From: Lepidodermella squamata | Taxonomy: Eukaryota; Animalia; Gastrotricha | Length of the DNA stretch: 64,000 nucleotides | NCBI GenBank assembly: GCA_047495785.1 | Contig: JBLDXI010000029.1 | Location: 1,922,001 to 1,986,000 of the forward strand | Reading direction: 5' to 3' | In this document: piece after piece, positions 35,706 to 46,862 of the stretch | How the letters are laid out: the number at the start of each line of letters is the position of its first letter | Numbering within the stretch: position 1 is the first letter of the stretch | The notes under the pieces: model-generated | The model's database searches: none | The model's input: the letters and a program-made list of their open reading frames with translations, nothing else | Told to the model about the DNA's origin: nothing | Program-made: the position numbers and the translations under genes

Positions 35706-38700
35706 TCAAGATGCGAAAATTGCAAAAACTGCCATCGCTGCTATCGCGATAATTTCACCCGCAAATTTTGAACACTGATTAGCAATAATTTGATTTCTCC
35801 TGTAGTTGCTATATTCGGCGAAAATTGCTGTTTTATTGAGCCCTGACTCCGTTGCTTTTTGTAGGTTTTGCCTCAGTTTCGCCTCGTCGTCGGTGAAAAG
35901 CGGGAAGCCGTCGTTGAAGCTGGTCGCTTGTTTAGCTCGGTATTTTCGCTGGCCACTGCTGCTGCCAAGGCAACGGCCTTCGTTTGCATCATGGCCGAAT
36001 TCTGGGCACGACCAGCATTTTAAACCGGCGCCGCAGAAAACAGCCGTTGGAGACCTGAGGCGATCGATTGGTGATGATACAAAGCACTTGTCGCCAGAAA
36101 GTTGGCGCAGTTTGTTAGCTGCAGGAAGACAGTAAATTGAATAAACTCGGAGAAAATTCGGAAAAATTTAAAATGCCGTAGTATTTTTTAATACCTTGGG
36201 AAATATTTTGGGAATTGAGATATCTTTGAAATATTTGTCAACGAATTAGTTGAAAATTTGCTTCATATTTGAGTTTTTATTCAATTTGAGCTGAGGAACA
36301 AAATTATTCACATTTTTTTATTACTCGATGTCATTTCTCTTTTGCTCGAGGTCATTTCTCGCGGGAAATTTAGTACTATTTAGTGATTTCCAGAAATTAG
36401 ATCGTGAAAATTCGCGCACGTGAACTTTAACTCGAATTTGACCTAATTTTACGCCAATATCTCAATTCATTAGTATCTCAATGAGGAGATAACAGACGCT
36501 AGTTTTAAGGCGCTACTTCAAGCGGAACCAAATTTTGAGTAATTAATTCACCGAAACAAGCGAAACATGCCTTTTCAAGAATTTACGGAAAATTCATCAT
36601 AATTAAAAAATCCGAATAAAATATTAGGTATAAAATAAAATTCTTATCCGATCCGGTAAACCTTTTCACTACACATGGCGTACTATCGATTTTTCAATTT
36701 TTTTTTCGAAAACGGCATACTTTCATGGAAGGCGTTTATAAATAAAATTTGTTGAAGTTCAAACTTCGATCATAAAACTTACTTTTGATGCAGTAGAAAT
36801 CGTATTGAAAACCAGCCGGGGAATAGCCGGTTTTGCAGAGGCACACGTTGTCCCGGCAAAGTGACGGCGAATCATCTACGTCGGTACCATACGCCGTAGA
36901 GCACTGCACATCAGACGTGCAACGATCGCCATACAATGCTGAAAAATGCAAGAATAACTTCAATTCAAATTTTGTTATAATTGGAAATTTATTTTCGAAT
37001 TTTCTATTTTTTTTATATTAATTTTGGAATAAATGGAAGGATTGCCTCACCTTTTTGGCATTTGCCGTCTTTGAAGGTCAAATGATCCGGACAGCGGCAA
37101 TAACGATGGCCGAAAATCATTTGATCCGACGCACTGCTCGCATTGAGGCACAGCAGCCCCGCCAAAAAGTCACACGCAAAGTACTCATTATCACAATAGT
37201 CCCCATATCGCCCGTAGTGAGGCGGCAGCAGACACCCTGATAGGTCACGCGTAGGGTGCAACAACGCACTGTTGCACACAACCAGGCCATTGATGCATTT
37301 CGTATGCTTCGGCAGCCGATACGCATCATTGACCGGGTTGCAAGACTCGCCGATTTTGAGCTGAGGTTCGCAGGCTGACGGTTCGTCACGCGACGGGACG
37401 TAGCTTGAGTTCAGGCATAGGCAGCGGCCTTTCGAACACGGCCCGTCCTCAGCGATGCAATCCGCGTTTCTGCCGCATTTCGGGCGCCGATTTTTCGTGC
37501 CTTCCAGGCCGACTTCGTCCGAGTCTGGGGTGCAGGGCGATGAGATGCTGGGTAGGTAAGAGTTCCAGGGTTGTAGCACCGGGCCGCCGGTTAAACGAGG
37601 CCAGACATCGTCGTGGAGGACTCGCGCGTTGGTGAAGTGGCAATGGCCGAGGTTAGGTGCTAGGCTGGTCACCCCGGGGCATCGCACGCAGGTGAGGCCC
37701 GGGTCACAATATTGCAGCTTCGCGTTATCAGTAGGATCGTATCTATAAGGGCAATAAAAATTCGATTTTTCGGAATTTTTCGAAATTTTTAGGGTGATCA
37801 AACCCCAGCAACTGGCTATACACATTTCATCGCTGAATTTTGATTTCAAAAATTATTTTGAAATTTTGAAATTTTCGAAATTTTTTGAAATTTAAAATTC
37901 TTTCTGAAATTTTTTTTCAAAATTCAAAATTTTGAAAGGGCTTACATTTTTTGCCCTTATAATCGAAGTTCAAACACCATCCCATCATTTTTCAGATACT
38001 TCGACTTTCCTTATTCCTTACCTAAGAGGGACAGTACACTCCTCTCCGAAATTCGCCAACGGCTTGAATTTTGTCTCAGGTAGGCAAAAATGCGCCAGAA
38101 TCTGCTCACTAGCATGTGGATGGATGGTAATCAGCGTCGAAACAGCAACATAGCCCTCGTTACAAACGCATCTCCGCTTCAACGGGCAGCACTTTGATGC
38201 GCCCTTCAGCAGGACATTGCACTCGGCATCGGTCGAGCAGGGATCGCCGTTCAGGGCCGGGCGGCAGAATCCGTCTCGAAAAATGAGGTTATCCGGGCAG
38301 GCGCAGACTTGATCTGTGGCGAAAGTCGTTTGGTTAACCGGTAAATGATCAAGTTCTTCGTCAGTATTCAGCTGTTGTATGTCGACGCAAACCAGGCCTG
38401 AGTAAGGATTGCAGGCTCGATTTTTTCCGCATGGCTGCCCTGGGACATTGCTAACATCTTTATGAGGTACACAGTTGCCATCACCATCCTAAAAAAAATA
38501 AAAAAAATAATTAACAGCAAAAGCGTCCATAGCAACAGGAAAAAAACGAGGAAGAGCGTCCCTAGCAACGGTTTTAGGGTAAAAAGCTTCCCTAGCAACC
38601 AGGGATGAAAAAAATCAGGAATTTTAACCTTTATTTCAAGCTGTGAAATTAATGAAAAAATAATTGAAAATTTCTGAAATAATTTGAAATTCCCACCTTA

Positions 38701-39117
38701 AATTTTGAAATGCATTGGACAACGCCGTTTTCGCAGATTGAAAATTCTGGCAAGGTTGATTTAGGCGGATTTTCCTGCTTAATAGGGCACTCCTGACCGA
38801 CGCGTAGGATCTTGATACAATCAGCATTTTCAGTGCTTTTCGAGGCTGGGGCGTAACGACCCGGTAAGCACGTGCAGTAGCCGAATTCGCAGCCTTCTGT
38901 TAACTTAGAGCAAAACGCATTTTGGCCGCAGGGTGCTGTATCGTTCCGGGTCGAACAGGCTGGAAATAAATTGTAAAAAAATTCAGAAAAATTTGAAAAA
39001 TTATTTACCCATTTGTAAAGGTATCGGCTTCATGTAATGAGGTACTAAAGGCGTTGTAACCATCGAATCAATTTTTTGAGAAATTGTTAAAATAATTAAA
39101 ATCGAAAATATTTCCAT
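35706..39117 (-). CDS. Cys-rich (EB-module-like) surface protein with two tandem copies of the module set; about 6 exons, probably GPI-anchored
   Basis: Signal-peptide exon (MEIFSILIILTIS). Two repeats of CG.NA.C...C..G.C.C / G..C / P....C.NG.V.C / C.C / AL.GD.C..D..C / C..G..C..C. Hydrophobic C-terminus IIAIAAMAVFAIFAS*. Confidence 0.8.
38510..38601. repeat. Intronic tandem repeat, 3 x ~32 bp
   Basis: Core AGC(G/T)TCC(C/A)TAGCAAC occurs three times. Confidence 0.7.
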
Positions 39118-40760
39118 TTTAATTTTCTAGAATTTCTCAACGATTTTTTAATTATTTTTTAGAAATTGTCAACATCCAAGTCATGTTTGTTAATTACAAA
39201 ATAACTTAAAGCGCGAGTGAATAGGCGAAGGAAAAAATAACCTTTTTTTATGACGCATTATCTTATTATCAGAGCGCCAAAATTTTTAGCGCAAGCGCGC
39301 GAATAATTTAGTCATGCGCGCTTCTTCTATCACGAGCTTTCACGAGCTCGCAATAATTGCTGTAGTGAGTGAGTATACCTGGTGTTCCTATATAGCGCAT
39401 TCACACATTATGTGACAATGGCTGCAATTAGTGTATAACTGATGCAATGTATCCATAGGCAAACAGCTACGACGTGTCGCATAAAAACGACTCGGAGTCT
39501 TCGGAAGTCTATCGATGTAACAATAAAAACAACTGGCCGGCCGGCCGGCTAAAATTCGGACGTGACTATGAGTTTTCACCAGCAGCAGCAGCAGCAGCAG
39601 ACTCTCTGTGTTTGTTCTTTCGTTTTGTTTCCACGCTAATAGCGCGAAATTTATCAACAGCTTATATCGCTTGTCAACTAATAGAAATGGGCCATTTTAA
39701 ACTGAGAAAAAGTAACACAGTAAATAATATCAATAAACGGGCATAGCTTTTGTTCTGGTTATTTCGCATTTATAAGACGGAATATTGCACAATGTGGGAC
39801 AGCTACTAATATAGCAAATTGCGTAAAATACCAGAAATAACTTCGAATCAACGAATTCAAACGAAGTTCATTGGATCAGAATAAAGGAAGGAATCGAATT
39901 CCAATTCAAAATTATTCCAATCTTTTGGAAATTAAATTTGGAATTTATTGGGGGAGAAATTAATGAAATTATTCAGTCCCGATGCAAGATTTGCCTGTTA
40001 GCGGAACCACATTTTGAAACTTTCTAGTGGCCTGGAATCACTTTTTGAATATTTCTTGAGTTTCAAGATTGACAACATTAAATTCAAAAATGTCACTAAT
40101 AGATTCAGCGTAACATTCTCGATAAGACAAAGTTTCAATTCTTGACTCTTGGCAAGGTTCCAAAGAGACACCTCGGAGAGCAATGTTCCGGAGGTTTCGA
40201 CCAAAGTTTCGCAAAATGCATTTTTGTGTGGTTCAGTTTGGTTACAGTAAATATGGTTCCGATGAAAAATATATTCTGTTAATACAGCCAGACCGAAAAC
40301 AGGTCAGTAAGTATGATCTCATGTGGGGCAATGCCATGAGAGATGATCTTGAGTAATCCAGCTAAATTCTTTGAGAAAGTGAGCGAAGTACCGGTGTAGC
40401 AGTTTATTTTAACTCCCCTGAATAATTAACTCCCCAGTTAAAATTTCCGGGAAAAATTAACTCCCCAGTTAAAAAATGCTAGGGTAAAGTAACTCCCGGA
40501 GTTAATTATTCCTAGTTTAAAATAACTCCTCCCAGTTTTCATTAACTCCCCTACAGACAGACACAAATTTTTCCAGTTTCGATCAATTTGCGTTCCAATT
40601 AAAATTGCGCATCATTTCACTGATTTAAACAATGACGACTGGAATAATTTAAATAATGAGGAATAGTTGACAACTTGGAATTTGTTCGAACTTGTAAAGC
40701 CAGTGTCGAATTATTTCGGTTAAAATAAAAACTCACGCTGTTTATTTTTCAATAAAATAT

Positions 40761-40995
40761 TTATGACTCAAAAATGAAAAACCAGTCGCCTAATCCGACA
40801 TGTTTCAGCTTTTATTCAGCCATCTTCAGGGTCTGACAACAAGTAAGGAAATCAACAATCAAGTTTCGAGACTAATATTAAAACAAGTTGAACTTGATTG
40901 TTGATTTCCTTACTTGTTGTCAGACCCTGAAGATGGCTGAATAAAAGCTGAAACATGTCGGATTAGGCGACTGGTTTTTCATTTTTGAGTCATAA
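40761..40995. repeat. 105-bp inverted repeat carrying a hammerhead motif in each arm (Penelope-like pLTR remnant)
   Basis: Arms 40761-40865 and 40891-40995, 25-nt spacer; no mismatches noticed. Confidence 0.9.
40924..40962 (+). ncRNA. Minimal type I hammerhead ribozyme (mirror copy on - strand at ~40794-40832)
   Basis: CC-CTGAAGA-T-GGCT(gaataaa)AGCT-GAA-ACATGT-C-GG: core intact, palindromic stem III (ACATGT), weak stem I. Confidence 0.75.
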
Positions 40996-42857
40996 TTATG
41001 ATATCGCTTTTCCATCAAATCCTACGACTAAAAATTGAATTTCAATAAAATGATCTTTTTATGGAGGCTGCTTTTACTGGTCGTTCTCGGGCATCGTGAC
41101 ATCGGCGACGGCAGCACGGAGGGGCCTCGGGACATATCAGGGTACTACTACGACATCTTTCACTTTCTCGTCTCTTTGCCCGGGGATCCGATGCGCTACC
41201 CAGCGCACGTAGTAGATATAGGCGAGAAAAAACTTTAGGGGCTGCTGCGAGATTCATCGTAAGGGATGGGACCCTGTTTTATGTAAAGCACGACCGCAAT
41301 AATAAAGGAAGTGCTTTACAGTTAGAAGTGCCGCGGACTCGCGAGCGGCAGGGGGAAATTATGCAGGCTTTTCATGATGCCCAGGGAAGCTCCCTAGAAG
41401 CTCAGGCGATGCGAGGCCATATTGGACGTGATCGAATGATCGATCTCATCGGGAAGCGGGACTCTAGCACCAAGTTTTCGCCGTTTTTTCTGGTGCACAA
41501 TCGCGACCCCACACTGCCCCCACATTATTCTTTAATTGAATTATAATTTATTGCGGGAGTCAATAAATGCTGCATAAAGTTAATTAATACTAGGATACAT
41601 TAACTCCGGGAGTTAAATAATTCTAGGGAAAGTTAACTGTGGAGTTGAAAAAAACTAGTAATATTTAACTCCGGGAGTCATTGTTAAGGGGAGTTAAGAC
41701 GTACTAGTACACCGGAAGAACGGGGATGCGTCGAAAGAGCCCAAAAAACACACTGAGAAACTGTGGTTCAGTGCTGAAAATACACATGCGCCTTTTCTTA
41801 AATACTAACCCTGGCAACGTTGAAGCGACGAAAACTACCAAAAATTAGGATTCTGTTCAAGATATAGGCAACCTGGAGATAGGAACAGGTGGTGCCAAAT
41901 TCAAGTAATGAAGCTTCAATGTACTTAATCCAGCTTCTCATCCCATACGCCGTCAGACAGCGCGACGTCCGCATCTCAAGTGGACTTCCAAGTGCGTCAA
42001 GGTGCATTTCATCACCTGTTAGCACGTGCGGAGATGGCTCGATCCACGCGCCCAGGCTACCTAATACTATTCAATGTAGGGCTATATGCATAATCGGATT
42101 ATAAGCGAGGCAGGGCGCTCAACGAGAGGGAAGAGAAAATCTTTTATTACATCAAGAATAATATTGATAATAAATCTCGAAAATAAGCTCTGCTAAAAAT
42201 AAACCCATCTCCGCAAATGTTTGACTCCATGCAGCCCAAGTTTTATCGCACGGCTGAAAGTTGCGCCTTTTTTTAGATGTTCAAACTTACCTGAGCGTTA
42301 TCTGACAACAATTTACCCGGCTGCAGATTTCACGCTGAGTTTATGAAAAACCCGTTTGAGCATCAATTCATGCCGATTCAAATTTTTTGTATAATTCTTG
42401 ACAGAGATCATTATACACTGTTCACTCTTTTTATTAGCAATCATCAGTTCGATAAACAATGAACATATTATCATATAGCGCAGCCACTTTTTACCGAGGC
42501 CGAGAAAATCTCACAATAGAGCCCGTAATTCAAATAATTTAACGCAAACGGATTTTCGGCAAATATTTTTCATTTTGGAAATAAAAAATATTGGCCCAAA
42601 AGGATTGTCCTCTTGGGCGGGTAATTCGTTTGCTCTATTGTGCGATTTTCTCGGCTACGGTAAAAAGTGGCTGCGCTATGTATAAAATGTCCCTGCTAAA
42701 ACCTGATATTTCAGCAAACACCTCCTCCCCATCTTCCACATCCCTCTCCTACATATTCCTTGCCAGTTGCCGATCGGAAAACAATGAGAAAATGAGAAAG
42801 TGCGAGTGGAAACGCAAACGGGAACAAAATCTGGGAGTCAGCGATATGTATTTCAGC

Positions 42858-43914
42858 AACTACATCCGCAACCTCCGTCTCCTCCTCCTCCGCAACCTCC
42901 GTCTCCTCCTCCACCTTCTCCTCCATATCCTCCACCATTTGCCGCTTGAAAAGGAATGAGAAAGTTGGAGAGAAAAGAAAAGCGAGTTCAGACTAAAAGA
43001 GTCAGTGATAACGAAATTACGACTTACCTCGCATTGCGATTATCCTCATCATTCTCTTCCGCTGCTGCTTTCTCCAACTGAACAACAGGGTCGGCCTTGT
43101 AGGCAGCGGGAAAGCAGATAATACCATAAGGGTAGTAATCCGGTTTTCCAACCAGTTGCCGATTACAGCATTTGCAACACATCGAGAGCCAAGTAATGAC
43201 GTAGCTAAGTGCCAACGACGATAGGACTGTGAAGATTGCCCAGCCGATTGCCCACGAACTCCAGTCATGCTCGAAGCATGAGTCCGTCAGAATAATAAAG
43301 GCAAAATAGATAGGGAACGGTATATACAGATGAGCCAGGAGAAAATCCTGCAATAAAGCACATGATGTAACAGAATGCCGTCCAAAAGCTGAAAAGCTAC
43401 TATTTCGGTATACTATAGGGCAAGTTGAAATCAACATCTAATAAAGCTGATGCATTTAGAAAAAAGATCTTACCTACCAAAATCATATCGTAAGCCCAGC
43501 AGTAGCAAGTTATGGAAAAAAGCTGTCTGATAGCGACCGGGAGACCAACAAACGACGGCGCAAGCAGCCATGCCGAGCGTAGCCTACCCAGCCGTGTTAG
43601 GCATTTAGCTTCAACTTTGGGAGATTTATCATCGAAGTTGGTCATATCGACGATATAGGCTATTGATAGAGCTATACATATACAATGTTGAGTGTAAGCT
43701 GTAGCAGTCTTGTGATTCCATAGCCTGATCTCAGTCGAATTGAAACTAAGCTCATCTTAGGCTCGGCATGCTCATGCACATGCCAATTAATGATGGGCAA
43801 GTGTGGTTGACCGCCGGGCATCGCTATGACGTAAACTTCCGGTCGGTGAGTATCGAACGGTTGCTCATTGCGATGAAATTGGTAAGCAGGTGGAGAAACC
43901 ACTTGAAACGGCAT
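42858..43914 (-). CDS. Small multi-exon membrane protein of unknown function with Cys-rich and Gly/Cys-rich C-terminus
   Basis: Hydrophobic exons bounded by GT/AG sites, CCKCC motif, and a possible final exon GGGDGGCGGGGDGGCGCSC*. Exon phases not fully reconciled. Confidence 0.4.
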
Positions 43915-46315
43915 TGCAAAAGCGTGGATTAAATGTACGCGGATGCGACGTGCATAGTTGAAGACATAATGACTGACTCATTGCTGTAATCGCGCGATCG
44001 CTCTCAAATAACGGCTTCGGATTTGGCTGGACTCTTGGTGTTAGGTTGGAAATCCACTACAGGCTACTGCTATGAATAAGCCTGGATTGACTAAATGCTA
44101 CACTCTTGTTACTTGCAAAGCTATATATTGACAAGTTAGTTATTTTTACATTCCTGTTTTTTTGCACCTATGTGCAAGAGTTCTTTTTAGTTCTATGATT
44201 CGTGGATCACATTTAACTACAGTATATGTGAACATTATAACCCGGGCTTATGCAAATTTAGTAGCATTTCCAGTATAGTCCTCTTGCAGTAGGCCCAGTC
44301 AACCGTGGCGATGTTCAATTTTTCAATGCTCAGATTCTGCCTCAATTATATGTTCATGCTTGAAAATGTTTGTTTTACGGCCGGCGTCACCAGATTGTTC
44401 AAATCAGAGCACTTATTCAGAGGAACAGTACGTTGAATAGCGGGGACATGAATTGCTTGATATAAAAATTACGCACGACCGAGCCGCAAAACCGATAATG
44501 ACGGGGGAACGGAACGTTCCACCGTTAGGGTCTGCGATAAATTCTGTCCTGGTTTTACGAAATCAACTATTACGACAGCGACAGATTACGCTCGGAAGTG
44601 GGGTTCCAGCATGGCGTTAGCGCCGTTCAATACGCACTCAAACAACACAGCTTGAGTGCATCGGCTGGTTTACATCCGTTTCAAGGTGGCTGGTGGCAAA
44701 TATTGGTAACGTTGCTAACCGATGTCTCTATTCATTGCCACTTTTTGGGTTTTTATACTTTGCAGCGAGTTGACTATTAGTTCAAAATTAAAGCGAAGTT
44801 CTTTGGCTATCAAGCTCGCTCATTCCAATCGACGGTTCAACATTCAATCATTCGGTTTTAAGCTTGATTACATCGGATGGAAATTGCCTTTGTTGCCTTG
44901 CATTTGAGCTTACCCTTGAAGACGTGATGCCTGAACCTCTGATGTTCATGATAACGGCCGAAATGTGAGATTCCTGCTCTACTATGTAGACACTACTCTT
45001 TTCTTGAATGGTTTTCGGCATTCAATTACAAACAAAAATCACGCTTTGAGGAATACATGTGTTTTATTGTCGATATACATTGTTATAATCAGGAACAAGG
45101 CAAAGGTTTTTAACATGTTTGCTGTACACAGGCATTCTATTCTATTCTGTTACGGCCGAAAGACCAATCGTTTGTTGATGTCTGACATTTGCTTGGTGGT
45201 GAGTTCGCTCAAGCGTTCAAGCCTCTTGTCTTCATCGAGAGCTTCTTTTCCGGGAATAAAATACTGCAAGTCCGATTCAGAGTATGCTTCCGTCATCAAC
45301 AAACCCCGAGACGATCTGATCCTCGAGAGAGCTACATACAAACTAGATCGTTCTGGATTCTTGTATTTGTCAGTGCGCAAATTCGAAACGCACAATTTCC
45401 CTAGTGTTAGACCTTGAATTCCATGAACAGTGCTAGAATAGGCTGGTACCATCGGAAACTGATTAATGTGATACTTGCTGTTTTCATAGCGGAAAGAATC
45501 ACACTTCCTGTATATCGGCATAACTGAGTCGGGCCAATCATCAGGGAGGCCAGGAAATCTCAAACTTGCAGTAACATTTTCTACGTTCACGTAAATGTTT
45601 GTCGGCTGTCTTGTGGGGACATGACATCCATCAGAATCCCTCATGAATACGACGTCAGCCGGCCAATCAATGTAATGTATCTGACCTTGGCCACCATTAA
45701 CGCATCCTTTCAAAGTGCTCTGATTTTCTCTGAGCCTTACAGGCATTCCCTCAAAAATGTGCAAAAGAGTTGGAAGGCCAGCGGTTTTGTTGTCAGGTAG
45801 AGAAAAGAGTGGCGTGATATCATTATTAGTATTACTGCTGCTTATGATAAGGGCGGGAATTTTGTAAACGCAACCTCCTCGTCGCATTACTTCTTTGAGG
45901 CATTTGATACTGATTTTATGCCTCGTAGCATTATCAGAGGTAATGATTGGAGAAAATTTCTCAGCGAAAAATGTCTGCAGTTCTTGTTGACTGATGTTTC
46001 GTAATTGTCGCGTTGTTAATATTTCTTGCATTTCTCTAGTCCATTGGCCTTTTCTGCAGAGATCCATTTGTGTGCTCCATTCTGGATCTTCACGGAAGCG
46101 CATTGTTTCTCGTAGGTATACAACTCGATCGATATCCATGTATCGCAGATTCCCCAAGTTGGCATTCAGTTTGCTGGCACTACCACTGGCATTCGTAGGT
46201 CTATAAAGAGGGGTTCCGCCAACTGTGGGCAATTGTAGGATGTCACCTGTAATATATACATATATGACTTTGGACATTGGAGTGATTCAATAAGCATCGG
46301 GGTATTAACACGAAT

Positions 46316-46862
46316 GAGGGTTACGGAGGCGTTCGTTAATATCGGCCAATTTGAATGTTTTAGTTGTTAAAAGACGCGTCGGGATGACACGGGAATTTTA
46401 AAAACTAAGTTGTTACCCAAAAGGGTTTGTGGTTTGTTTTACCAGACTCTTTTGGAGCTGATCTTACTTTATGGCGCACCTGCCTGGTTCTGCCTGAGCC
46501 CTTCATTCTTGAGCCGCCTGGCGGACCTACAAGCCTACTGCCTGAGAGCGCTTTTGAGCCTTCCTTGCGAATCTCACTCTATCGACGTCATCGCATTTGC
46601 CGGAGTCCCCGGCATCGACCTCAAATTTGATGAAGCCAAGTATCTAGACCGCATATCAACCCTGACACCGTCTACCGATACAGCACATGAAATTGAAAAA
46701 CGCTGCCCAGCGTGGCATATTCGAAATCAACCGAAGCCCGCTTACAACCTAAAAATCGACCCCAGGAACTGGATAACATTTGACACCAATTAACAACTTA
46801 TTAACAACAATTATCGGTTTGTTTCCATGGCAACTGATGGCAATAACGCCTCCGTAACCCTC
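46316..46862. mobile_element. Small insertion bounded by 18-bp inverted repeats inside the last RepHel intron
   Basis: GAGGGTTACGGAGGCGTT (46316-33) / AACGCCTCCGTAACCCTC (46845-62); no TSD seen. Confidence 0.55.
46416..46793 (+). pseudogene. 5'-truncated non-LTR retrotransposon (LINE) fragment, post-RT region
   Basis: FYQTLLELILLYGAPAW...L..LQ...LR.LL.LP matches the typical LINE 'Y....P.L.YG...W......L...Q...LR' segment. Confidence 0.75.

Larger units (their letters stand above)
40395..41711 (+). mobile_element. Ginger1 DNA transposon, internally deleted
   Basis: TGTA...TACA termini, 4-bp TSD CCGG (40391-94 and 41712-15), imperfect TIRs with many subterminal TAACTCCC / GGAGTT repeats. Gypsy-like integrase remnant (F.VRDG.LFY...H...GHIGRDR joined to STKFSPFFLVHNRDP.LP) lacking the DDE core. 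Confidence 0.85.

Noticed and set aside
39998-40264. TTAGCGGAACCA...TGGTTCCGATGA as a second copy of the 18.5-kb MITE
   Set aside because: Match is short, there is no TSD, and the interval reads better as a decayed exon.
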